In this document: positions 1 to 12,000 of the stretch, piece by piece
Layout: every line of letters starts with the position of its first letter
Position numbering within the stretch: position 1 is the stretch's first letter
Source: Strigamia acuminata
Lineage: Eukaryota
DNA length: 64,000 nt
Assembly: GCA_949358305.1 (NCBI GenBank)
Contig: OX442314.1
Span: 10,540,001 to 10,604,000, forward strand
Direction: 5' to 3'
The notes under the pieces: model-generated
What the model saw: only the letters and a program-made list of their open reading frames with translations
What the model was told of the DNA's origin: nothing
The model's database searches: none
Position numbers and translations under genes: made by a program

Positions 1-805
1 TTCGCGAAATGTCACCTGTAGCCGATCCAGGCTCTACCGTCGTGGTCAAGTCTGCTCGGACGACAAAAAAGAAATTAAAAGCGATACTGTACATCCTTCG
101 ATATTTATCAATTTTTTTCGATTAAGATCAGTTAAAATTGCTGAAGTAACGCGATTTTTAACGTGAAAACAGTATTTCAATTTGAATTAAACGTGAATTT
201 GAATTCCTTCGTTATTTATGCCGAAAATAAAGAAAAACGTTACATTTCTTCAAAGATTTATGAATTTCGAAAGCATTTTCAAACCTTTTCCACGGATGTT
301 TGAGGGTTTTTAAAGAATTATTCGACCGCATTTTTGTATAAAGTTTGTGCTATTTTATCTCTTGTCGTTGCCTAATAAACAATAACATAAAAATTATTTT
401 TTTTAAATGCGATCAAACGATGAAATATTCAAAACAAACCGCTTTTATAGTCATTTTCGTTGATTGTGGACTAAGTTGTTTTCGTTTTTCCGATTTTCTT
501 CTTAACAATACTCGCCAACGCAGCCGGACAACTAGACAGAAATTTCTCTTGTTCTGCCAATAAATCTTCATCCGTTTCTTTAATACTCGGTCGCTTCACG
601 CTTATTTCTAACGAGTCGCACATGCCTGTCACCATACTCTATGCCTGTCACTTTGGCCGCCATTACTCATCTACAATACTCGCCGCGAGATGTCCCCACA
701 AAATCAAAATCCCCACGTCGGAAATTAGAATTTGTAAAGTTTTTCTTAGATTCGAAAGATTTTAGGAGAATTTTAATTTTTACAGGGTAAAATTGTACAG
801 TGTTC

Positions 806-1071
806 CTTCAGGTTGTCAGACAGGTTTGACCGTCCCGCGTAGCCCGGGTTCATCGTGATGAAGATGGCCATGTCCGAGTTCACTTTCACCCGTTTGTCCA
901 CCAACTCGACGCTCAAATCCTCGTTCTTCTGTCGTTCTTGGACCGTCTGGATCTGCTACGACACGGCCGACAGCATGGCCTTCTCCAGGCGGCCGGTCGT
1001 TCTTGGAGGACCGAGTCGGCGAGGACGTTGAGTGTTGCTTCCACTTGTTGCAGGACCACGTCCATCGGTAA
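806..1071 (-). pseudogene. Cytoplasmic dynein 1 heavy chain fragments (two non-adjacent pieces fused, premature stop)
   Basis: The minus strand reads MDVVLQQVEATLNVLADSVLQERP. After a frame change it reads RLEKAMLSAVS*QIQTVQE...[35 protein letters not shown]. Both segments match recalled DYNC1H1/Dhc64C sequence (TLNVLADSVL; RLEERMLSAVSQQ...[23 protein letters not shown]). TAG at 958-956 replaces a Gln. Confidence 0.85.
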
Positions 1072-1484
1072 AGTGTTCTTCGCGTTGCTATTGTTGCGTT
1101 GCTATTGTTTGCCACTGCGCCCAAGCGAGTTGACTCGTCGAGACAGTAGTTTTGTTCTTCAATTCAATGATCGTGTGTTGTACTAACACCACGTGCTTTC
1201 TTTTTTACCCGATTATCGTGCAAAACAATTATTATTTTTCTTATCATGGTCACTCGCTTGGCCTCGATTTGGCCGCCCGTTGCCAGTGTTCCTTCGGCCG
1301 CTCGCCTCTTCTGCATCCGCATCAGCGTAAACTGCTCGTCGTTTCCGAATTCGCGAGGCTCGGCTCGCCGCCCCGCATTGGCTACGCTTGCTCGCCGCCC
1401 CTGCATTCGCGTTGGCCTGCTGTGCTGCTTATCATAATATTCAGCGAAAATATATCAAAATTTCTTGATCGTCATTAATTTTGT

Positions 1485-2672
1485 AACAACTCCCGGAGAA
1501 GTTATTTAGAGTCAAAGCATATTTCCCAAACAGGAAATAGAACGATACGTCGAAATAGTTTTCATTCAGTACCACTTCCCTGTATCACTCCAGCTGGGAG
1601 GACAAAATTACAATTACAATGCCCGATGAAGGAGGAGAAGAAGTGAGGGAAGAAAATATTAACGAGCCATTACATCAAAATAACAGCAATACGGTTCCTG
1701 ATGCAGAGATCACTCCGCCCATTGCCCCAGCATGAGTCCCACGTTTTACCAGATCCAGTCGAAGAGTGAAATCACCTGATCGATTGAATATGTAGACTTT
1801 AAAGGTTAAAGGGGGAGATGTGTTGTTAGTCATATCACGTACGTCATATGTACTAGACACGTGCGCCGAGCCCAATTTTTCGGCGGCGGCTGGATTCAGC
1901 TGGGCGCCACCAGATGGCGGCGGCTCGAATCCGGCTCGTTCGCAGGGACCGGCGGCTGGCGGCTCAACCGATGCAGTACAGTATCGGCGGCGGCTGGCAG
2001 CTAGCCGCCCAGCCGCCAAGCCGAGTCGGCTAAGCCGACTCGGGCGCACATGGAAAAAGCCAATAAAAACGCCCAAAAAAAATTTAAAAAATAAATAAAA
2101 ATTGAAATGAAATGAAATAAAAAGAATGAAAATTTGTGTTGAGATTTGAGAAGTATCGGATTCGGTATCGGTAAAACATGATCAGAGAAGAAGGTTGGAT
2201 AAAGATAAATTATTCTTTGTTGTTTTTTGATTTATATAGGGGAAATCTAGAATACAAAACGTAGCAAAAACGTTTTGTAATGATCCAATGGCTGGGCAGT
2301 ACAGATTCTGCACTGCACAGCCATTGGTTTCATTATGTTTACGTGATTACGTCCAAAACCAAAACGTGAACGTGATCGCAATCGCATTGACGCATTTCAG
2401 CCGTTCGACGCCGGAAAATCAGCGGCGGCGGCGGCTTGTAAATTGTCGCCACACGGCGGCGGCGGCTGGGGTCCAGCCGACCAGCCGCCGAGCCGAGTCG
2501 GCTAAGCCGACCCGGCGCACATGCCTAATATGTACATTCCTGTATATCGCGTACGTCATACGCACTTGCTTGTATCATGATTGGTCAACGTTTGCTGACC
2601 AGTCTTTGTTTAAAACCTGAATAAACACTTGTTAGTTAAACCTAGAACTGGACAGTCATTCCTACTTACACA
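1485..2672 (+). mobile_element. Ty3/gypsy-like LTR retrotransposon 3' remnant (integrase C-terminus, PPT, 3' LTR)
   Basis: Degenerate RSYL...GNRTIRRNSFHSVPL and PRFTRSSRRVKSPDRLNM* resemble gypsy Pol C-termini. A polypurine tract AAAGGGGGAGA lies at 1808-1818. The LTR runs TGTGT(1819)...ACACA(2672) with AATAAA at 2620, and is ~172 bp once the nested MITE and one TSD copy are removed. Confidence 0.7.
1854..2527. mobile_element. Non-autonomous hAT-like MITE inserted in the gypsy LTR
   Basis: Termini TAGACACGTGCGCCG / CGGCGCACATGCCTA form an imperfect TIR. There is a perfect 8-bp TSD, ATATGTAC, at 1846-1853 and 2528-2535. Subterminal GCGGCG/GCCGAG repeats are present. Confidence 0.9.
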
Positions 2673-2804
2673 TGGTTTCTTAAAACACTTTATTAGTAAA
2701 TAATAGCAAATTAACATCATTTCAAACATTACAATAATCACACAAATGTAAATCACAACAAAACTACATTTCCTGGTGATAATATAGAGGCAGCAGTTAG
2801 GAGT

Positions 2805-3004
2805 NNNNNNNNNNNNNNNNNNNNNNNNNNNNNNNNNNNNNNNNNNNNNNNNNNNNNNNNNNNNNNNNNNNNNNNNNNNNNNNNNNNNNNNNNNNNNNNN
2901 NNNNNNNNNNNNNNNNNNNNNNNNNNNNNNNNNNNNNNNNNNNNNNNNNNNNNNNNNNNNNNNNNNNNNNNNNNNNNNNNNNNNNNNNNNNNNNNNNNNN
3001 NNNN
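2805..3004. other. Assembly gap (200 N)
   Basis: Run of exactly 200 N, a typical fixed-length scaffolding spacer. Confidence 0.99.
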
Positions 3005-6000
3005 CAGCAACCGTATTTTGAGTCCTTGCAGCCGCCGAGAATGATCATTTCGTCTGCAAGTTGACAAAACAAATAAATATTTCATATTGCTAAATCGAAT
3101 ATGACCGGTTTTTGTACCACCATCGCACGATTCCACATTGCAGGGTTCCTTCGTGTCAGGTTTCATTGCGAGGTCGCATTCGCTATCCGCGCCCACCTTG
3201 TCTCCCACCATGCAAACTACTTTTCGTGTCCGGGAACCCCCGCTGCACGGAGCTGTGCACTGAAAAAGGAATAATTTTAATTTTTTAAATTGGTTTTAAA
3301 TTTTTAAATTTTTACTCTTTCCCATTGTCCGGTGAACCAAACGCCTTCGCACGTTTTGCCGGTGCATTCTTGAGATGTTTCATATTTCTTGCTCGGATCG
3401 CAATTGGAATCTTCCACGGTTTTGATGTTTTGACCGTTTTGCTGAACGCAGAACGACGATCGAGTTTGAACGCCATCGCCACACGCGGCAGAACACTGAA
3501 ATAATTTGTTTTGAGTTAGATGTTGAGTTTCGGGTGTAATTTTCAGATCTAGGTCGCTTTACCTCGCTCCACTGAGTAACCATCCACATGTACTCGCACG
3601 AAGAACTGTCGGGGCAATCGCGGAGATATTCCGGTTGACGGTCGTGGTCGCAAAATCCATCGGGAAACACCGATCCGCTTTTATTTGAGCAATGAACGAG
3701 ACGAGATTCGCGCAACAATCCGCACGTATCGCACTGAATAATTCAAATTAATATAAAAATAAATTCAAATAAATAAATGCAAAAATTATGTAAAAAGTGT
3801 AAAAATAATGTAAAAAGTGTAAAAATAATGAAAAAAGTGTAAAAATAATGTAAAAAAATGTGAAAATAAATTCAAAAAAATGCAAAAATAATGTAAAAAA
3901 TGTAAAAATAATGTAAAAAGTGTGAAAATAATGTAAAAAATGTAAAAATAAATTCAAAAAAATGCAAAATTAGTGCAAAAAATGTAAAAAATAATGTAAA
4001 AAGTGTAAAAATAATGTAAAAAATGTGAAAATAAATTCAAAAAAATGCAAAATTAGTGCAAAAAATGTAAAAAATAATGTAAAAAGTGTAAAAATAATGT
4101 AAAAAATGTGAAAATAAATTCAAAAAAATGCAAAATTAGTGCAAAAAATGTAAAAAATAATGTAAAAAGTGTAAAAATAATGTAAAAAATGTGAAAATAA
4201 ATTTTAAAAAATGTGAAAATAAATTTTAAAAAATGTAAAATCGTAAAAAAATTGTGAAAATTGTGAAAAGACTCACTCCGGTCCATTCAGACACTATCCA
4301 ATCAACCCCTTCGCACGGCCCGTTGTGGCATTTCCTTTTGGATTGAGGTTTCTGAGACATATTGCAAGATTGATCGGGAAACAAATAAATCTGTCCCTTC
4401 ACTATTCGTTGACAAGTCACTGTTCGACTTTGTTCGCCATTCCCGCACAACTTATTGCACTAAAATCACCAAAAAAATAAATTAATTATTCAGTAATAAC
4501 AAAAAATAAATAAATAAATCACGGGTGTCCAAGCACTGGATCGCCAAACGGGACAGGTAACCTCGGTATTACATGGCCGCGTGTGTTTTGGTCGCGGCCC
4601 GACAACTTTAAGGCACAGATTATTATTGACAACTGACGGCGCATCGCCGCTTTGGATTTGCTGGCAAAAAACGATTCGGTATTGAACGCCGCCACCGCAC
4701 GTCGCAGAACACTCTTCCCACCCACCAACGTGCCATCTACAAATACAAAATTAAAAAAAATATAAATATAAATAAAAAATAAATCCAAATAGTTCCGTAC
4801 TTCGCCGGACAATTGTGTTTATTGCATGTTTTGTTGCTAATCGGTTTAACCGCAGATTCGCACAAGAAATCGTCCACAACTTCCACGCTGTTCGTCCGCG
4901 TGCAATAAACACGTCGTGTCTGGACACCTAAAATCACCAAAAACAATTTAAAATCTCAATTTCACGTCTTTTTATTCCAATTTCCAACCTCCTCCGCACG
5001 CTCTCGAGCATTCATCGAACGATTCGTGACGCCACACGTAAGTATCCGCTTGCACCGCTCGCACGTCCTTAGGTACCGAATATTCGTACACAATTCCTAG
5101 GTTTTTTTCTTGATATAACAACTAAAAAAAAAAAAAAAAATTTAAATAATCAATTCAAGGTAAACCGCTCGAACAAGTTGAAAAACGACAAAAAATCGCT
5201 ATTTAACTGATTATAATATGAATCATTAACCTTGGACGCGAAATGCAACCGAAATTCGATTTTTTTTATATCATTTTATTTTTTTTTCTAATAAATTACC
5301 ATAATATAAATAGGTTCAGTCGTTGGTCCGAGGGCAGTGAGTGCTTCCGGTGTTTGGAACTCAGAGGGTCTTCGCGCATAATGGAATGTAGTGCCGGCAA
5401 TGAACAAATCCCGTTGGGAGTCAATGCGCCAATTACCATTTAGATAATAGTGGCCAGTCAAATTCCTAATGGCTGTGTAAAGAAATCAAAATTACAAAAA
5501 TGATTGATGCTTTTCTCTCTCGCCGTCCGACAAACCCAGAAAATTATTAGTGGCCTTTGTTTCCTCGACGTGAATGTTCGTGGCGCCCGTAGGAATAACC
5601 AGAATGTCATTATAACCTAAAAAAAAAATTAAAATAAAAAAATAAAAAATTTTGAATAAAAATAATTTTTTTTTTATTTGTTACCAAAGTGCAAATTATC
5701 CAAATCAAATAATCCGTGGACAGATTTACAGGTCGATCCATCACCCCTGCATTCGCGGCACTTGTCTTCTGTAGCATTCGACCCCAAGATGAGATCGCAT
5801 CCAACGGGCTGTAAAGAAGTCAGGTCACAGCTCATTAAACGAGATGGAGATTTAGTAAAAAGGGGGCGCGGGAAAGAGATTTGTTGGAATTTGTTCAAGT
5901 ACCATGCACACTCCATCCACACAAATGTCCAGCGTGTCTCGGCCACACCTGGTGCCGTCAATCACCTTCAAGTCGTGTCGGTAGTACACCCTCTCACCTT

Positions 6001-9000
6001 GAGGTCTGCAGTTCAATTCGCATTTATTGGGCACTAATTTCAACGAGAAAAAATTTTAAAAAAATTAAAAAATTTTAAAAAAGATATTTTATACGATCTG
6101 TGTATGGGATCCATGTTGTGTAGCGTCCATCGATGGGGATTTTGTCGAATTTCGAGCACTGTTCGGCTCGGAAATCTGCCGATCCTTCCGGACAATCCTG
6201 AAAAATATCAAAATAATTTTAATTTACGACCGTGAATCATCTAAAACACCAAAACGTTTTGTTTTGACGTGTTTTTTCAACTGTTTGCCCATTTTTTCTG
6301 TCAAAAATCTCCGAATCCCCTTCGAAATAACTAATTTTAGCTTCCAAATTCCCTCCTGTCACGAAAAAAACAAAAAAATAAATTTATACCCACGCACAAT
6401 AAACAGTTACACACGTGACTTCAATGTCAAAATAGCCAAAATTAAAAAAAAAATTCTAATTAAAAAATTTTTCTGGTGTGAATTATCTTCTTGTCACATT
6501 TTTCGTGTTTCAATCTAGCGGTCCACCTTCGCTTTGGGCCATTTTGCGATTTCACGGGACCCCCACGAACCCCTCAACGCCTAATTTGAGTCGAGGGACT
6601 CTCGAAACAAATAAATTTTCGAGAAATTGCAAACGTAAAACGCTCCTCCCGTCCTACGTAGCCAAAATGTGTCATCGTCATCGTAATAATTCTTTATTAA
6701 TTAAATTTCAATGTACAAGACCAAAAGTGCGGCAAATTCACGGTTGGGGTCATTGCCACTTGGCACGGTGCCTCAAACGAGAAGACATTGCCACCATAAA
6801 CCTATTATTATTATTTAAAAAACGTTAAAGCCAAAAGGGTTATAAATCAGGTTAAGTTCTTTTATCTCTTTTTTAGTTTGAACGAGTTTAGGACTAGTTT
6901 CGCCACTGACTCACTTTGTTGCTATTTAAAAACAACAAAATGATGGATTCATTTGCGCTCAATCCTTTCCACGTTTAAAATAAACTCACCTGAATATTGC
7001 ACGAGAAATATTTTTTGCTCGGACCGACACAGCCGTGTGTTCTATCGTGTCTAAATACAAAATAAAATTCAAATTAGTTAGAAAATCTAGTTAGGCGCCA
7101 AGGCAGCCATCTTAGAATTTTAAAAAAACAATTTTCCACCCGATTAAAATATAAAACACGGAATAAAAACCCTAAATAACGATTAAAAAAGCACTAATCT
7201 ATTCCACAATTCCTTAAAACAACAATTTCCATTACGAAAAACATTCTAAACGTAAGTTTTCCGTTTGTCGATATCCGGGTTTTCGCTCGACCGAAAATCG
7301 GCAATGGCGCCAGAGTAAAAACTTACCAAAATTTTTTTTTAAAAAACGGAATATAAACTCTAAATAACGATTAAAAAAGCACTAATCTTTTCCACAATTC
7401 CTAAACACAACGAAATCCTAAAAACATTCTAAAAACAATTCTTCCGTTTGTCGGTCCCCGGTTTTCGCGCGACCGAAGATCCGCAATGGCGGCCAGACTG
7501 AAAACCTCCCAGAAAAAAGCAGTAAAAATTTCATTTTCCAGCCCAGTGTCAATTCCAGCCATCAATTCAGCCGTCGCAGGGTGCACGAGACAAAAAGACC
7601 GTGACATTTCAAACAAGAGTCAAGTGTCCACAGGTCAAGGTGACTCCCACCGACTCATAAAAACACGTCGTTTCCCCCCCTTCTCCTTTAACCCCCGCAT
7701 GGGGTTAACAAACAAGAGGAGCTCACTTCACTTGCACGCTCAATACAGGTGTTAATCCTGTTAATCGCTTTAATCACCCTTTGTGTTGCGCTTTGATTTA
7801 CAACGCCAACTACAATTAATTGATTTAATTAATTAATTCACCTGACATGAAGACATTTTCTCGTCTGGACCGAAACGCCACCCCCGCAGCTTCGGGAACA
7901 TTCTTGAGGGTCACTCCAAGGTCCCCATGGTCCGCTTTCGTCCGAGTACGATTCGCCGACTAACACGTCCGGATTGTGACGTCTGTGACGTCCCGCGTGT
8001 TGCAATGAGCGATGATGTCGATTGTGTAAATGCACCTGGAAAAAAGGAAAGCAAAGTGTAAACATCGACAATTCTTTCATACATCACACGTCGTTGTTGG
8101 TTTTGTAACAAAGTCTCGCTATGCACTGTAATGGCTGCTCACTGTCAAGTGCAACTGTGAAGTGCAATTGAAAAGTTGGAGTGCATGCTGTGCTTTCTCA
8201 CAGTCAAAGACTTTGACTATAGTGTAGAAAACAATCTATCTGCAGTGTATTTCTTTATGTACAGCCCCGTATAATAGCCCGGGCGTTTAATTCTTTTTTG
8301 CCCCCCTCACGGCGTTTATACGGACCCAGCGATTATCCAGAAAGAAGTCTAAAATCAATAAAAATAATAATAATAATAATAATTTATCGAGAAAATTAAT
8401 GTTTTTTGATCGAACGTGTGAGGCACGTCATCTGGACTTTACGTTTACAACGCAGCAACAAACAACGCATGCCAGTTCACATGTTCACATTGTTTTGACA
8501 AACAAAAAGGAATATGTTGTTTGTAGCTGTAGCCATTTTTGTTGACAATGAATAGTCACATGTAGCAGCGCTGTATCACCTAGCGGGATATTCTGGCAAC
8601 TAAAGTTCATTGCTGCGTTGTTGAAGTTGAAAATTGTCAACTCGTGCGTTGTGCGTTACGACGTACGAAATCACAACGCGCTTCAGTCAACGCGCGTTGG
8701 CGCTGCATACCAGTTCATATGCAACGCATGTGACGAAGCAGCTTTGGTGCGATAACGCATGCTTTAACGCATCTATGTGAACTAGCCTTAACAGTCATAC
8801 TGCTGGACAATTCTCGCTGCTTTTCCAAGATATTTAACATTCAAGTACCCCGCATTTGTCTTTCACTTAAAAACAGTGTCTGGTCATTTAAATTTCATGT
8901 CTTCCCAGAAGCAGAGTGAATGGCTTTGTAATGGATGAAAATTGGGAACTAACATTCTGTAAAACCCCTTTGACAACTCTAATAAAACCTAATTGCATCC

Positions 9001-12000
9001 TCTAAGCATTTCTTTAATAGTTTTTACCAATTGAGTCATATAAAACACCTTGAAATCACTCAATATCAGCACAAACAATGCTAAAATCCTCATTCAATGG
9101 GTATTATAGAGCATTGCACTCAGTTTAATCCTCTCAGAAATTTATAAGAAGTTTGGGCTTCACCCAAGGGTCCATTTTGTAATTGCCATGACCCAACATT
9201 TCTCTTCTCACAAAAGAAAGTTGTTTGGAATTTTTTCTACAAAAAGCACAAATTACACACAACAATGAAAAATAAAAAATGTTGAATTTCAAATTATGTT
9301 TAAGAACAAAACCCATGAATGCAATTTCCTTTGCTCCCCCCCCCCCCCCCCCCCCCCAACAGTTCCTGGTTCTGGGCTTAAAGTGTGCTCGGAATGAATA
9401 AACACAATTTTTCTTTAATAAAATGAACACATTTTGTTTGAAAAACCCACAAAAAATCCTGTGTCAGATTTCATTACAATTCCCCCATTCTATCCACCTG
9501 ACAAGGCCATCACCTCTTACACTAACTTAAGGAAGGGAAAAAAAACATGGCACCTGCATTTCAAACATTTTCACATGTTTCTCATAAAATGCTTGGAATT
9601 TGGCAACAATTACTTCTCAATTCCGCATAATCCCTTTGAAAAAAAATGATAATTTAATCCAAAACACATGTAACATGCATGAATGAGTTCCTTGTACCCG
9701 ACCAACCACGCCATCACATGTTGAATGCAATGCGACGCCATTTTTTCTTAACCCTAACAAATATTTGAGAGCAATTTATCCAGTCGGCACTTTAGATAAA
9801 ATATCTCAGATTAAAAGCCGACACCCTTCTTATTACCACTCAGTTTTTTCGCTTTTTTCCATGCCCCACTCTTATAGTCGTTATCTTATCTCTCCTAGCG
9901 AGAGATGGGGGAACTATAAACTCCTGTCGTCAAATTGGGAAAGTGAAAAGGGAATAGAGATTACTTTCTCGATTTTCCTGGGTAAATTGGGTAATAACAA
10001 TAAAAGAAACAAGTCATCCTTGGAATTACCAGCATCTTTTACTTTCGTTTTGCTAATTTTTTGAACCTTGAGTGCTGACATATGCTGCATTTTAACGAGG
10101 GGATTTTCCTTCACAGTTGTGGCGAAGATGAGTCACAACTGGACTGGATTTGCACAACAATGTAAATGGCGAAGGTTCAGTTACCGTATTTTCCCGATTA
10201 AGAGTCGCCCTCGAATAGAATCGGTAGAATACGGTGTTATTTTTTTAAATTTATTTTTTAGGTTTTTAGGATATGAATTATGGAACCACCAGCATGGAAT
10301 GGAAATTAAATAAACAGGGAAGCAGCTGTCCAAGCAAGGGTGAGCATGGGGTCGATTTATTACGTCACAAGAATGGATCCGTTAGTGGCACTTAAGATAC
10401 ATGACTTAACAGAATGAATCCACCCCTCGACTCAATTCAGCAAGAAACCATTTGCCCTTTGTGCTATTCACATTCATTGGCCCCTTTCACCCACTCATGA
10501 TTATTTATAAAGCCATTTCTCCTCATTCATCTTCACCCTATACACATTTTTTTCCAAAACTCATTTTAAAACCATCACTACTGGTCATTTATTTACCCTT
10601 TTTTCAGCTACAAATTGAAAAACCAGAGCAAAAAAACTTTAATAAGCCAAAAGCCCATGATTTTATGCTTAAATTCCATGATTTTAGGCAAATTTCTTCA
10701 GTTTTGCATAAATTCCTTAATTTTATGCATGAATTCTTTAAATTTTGCATAAATTTCTTTAGTTTTCATACATTTCTTTTGTTTTGTATAAATTTCTTTA
10801 GTTTTGCCTAAATTTCTTAATTTTTGCCTAAATTCCTTAAATTATGCATAAATTCCTTTCTTTTAGGCTTAAATTCCCAGAGTTTAGGCTTAGATTTCCA
10901 GATTTTAGGCTTAAATCCATGATTTTATGCATACAGTCCTCCATTTTATGAATTATTTAATTTATTTCAGGTCTAATTAGAATTTTTAGCCAAAATAAGT
11001 ATTTTTTTGAACAAAATTTAGTTGATTTTAGCCAAATTAATGTTTTTTTTTTTTGTCTGTTTTAATTTTTTTCAAATCTAAATTATTTTTTCAAGCCAAT
11101 TATTTTTTTTTAATTATTATTTTTTATTAATATACATCCCCAAATGCAATCAATAAAAAAATAAAACAAACTAAAAAATAAATCATAAATTTAAAAAAAA
11201 AAAAAAAAGAAGTGAAGAACCATGTGGGTAACCAAAGGAATGTGTGGGATTGAGGGGGCACAACAGGCAAGTCCACAGTGACCTTAACAACTTTTTACAA
11301 GTGCAATTTTTTTCTCTCCTTAAATTTAGAACTTTCCTCTTTTACAAACACAAATTTAACTAGCAAATTACGTCTACTTACATTCCTGGATAATGAAACA
11401 CTGAAGAAAACCTCTAGAAGGAAGAATAGAAGAACTAATGACCTAAAAATGACAAAATAAATAAATAAATAAATAAAATACAAAATATAATTGTGTTTTG
11501 AAATTTTTATTCCGCCATTTGTCGCATGGGGTGAGTGAAAATGAGACAAATTATTCAATTGAACTTTTCTTAATCAAGATGTGTGTATGGACATGAGGGA
11601 GTTCTTTGAACCGTATAATTTAAAGCATTTGTTGGAGGTGGTTGTATTAATAGACTTATTACACTACAACCCCAAAATATTTGCCGCGTAAGCATTTAAT
11701 TCAATTAAACATGGCCGCCGTTCTGCCAACAACAGCTGGCTCCAATTTCGGTCTCGTGTGTTAACCTAAATAAAAATTTATATACACAACATTAGAAAAC
11801 TGTTATTAATCAAATGATATCGCACAATGGATCTTTATGTTCGAAGTAGAGGTTTTCATTTCGGATTTTTTTTTTTTTTTTTTTACGGATTTTTGTCTCG
11901 TTTTCGAGGTTTGCTATCTTACCAATGATAACGAAACTTAAGATAAATCCCGAGAATAATTAATTCCAGAGCAGTGAAGGACTGCCTGCTCAATTTAAGA

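Noticed and set aside
806..1071. Horizontal origin of the dynein fragment from its high GC
   Set aside because: A host exon in this window (25583-26124) is similarly GC-rich, so composition alone is not evidence.
816..1124. ORF-track 102-aa ORF as a gene
   Set aside because: It is an off-frame reading of the dynein pseudogene fragment.
1675..2620. Ala/Arg/Pro-rich ORFs
   Set aside because: They arise from the GC-rich subterminal repeats of the hAT MITE.
2673..2685. TGGT directly after the gypsy LTR as a PBS (tandem element)
   Set aside because: Only ~4 nt resemble a tRNA 3' complement, and no internal region follows.
8440..8790. CAACGC-rich segment ending ATGTGAACTAGCC as a complete MITE
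   Set aside because: Probably a TE remnant, but no matching left terminus or TSD could be defined.
9336..9357. C22 homopolymer as a functional G-quadruplex
   Set aside because: It is a simple intronic homopolymer with no supporting context.
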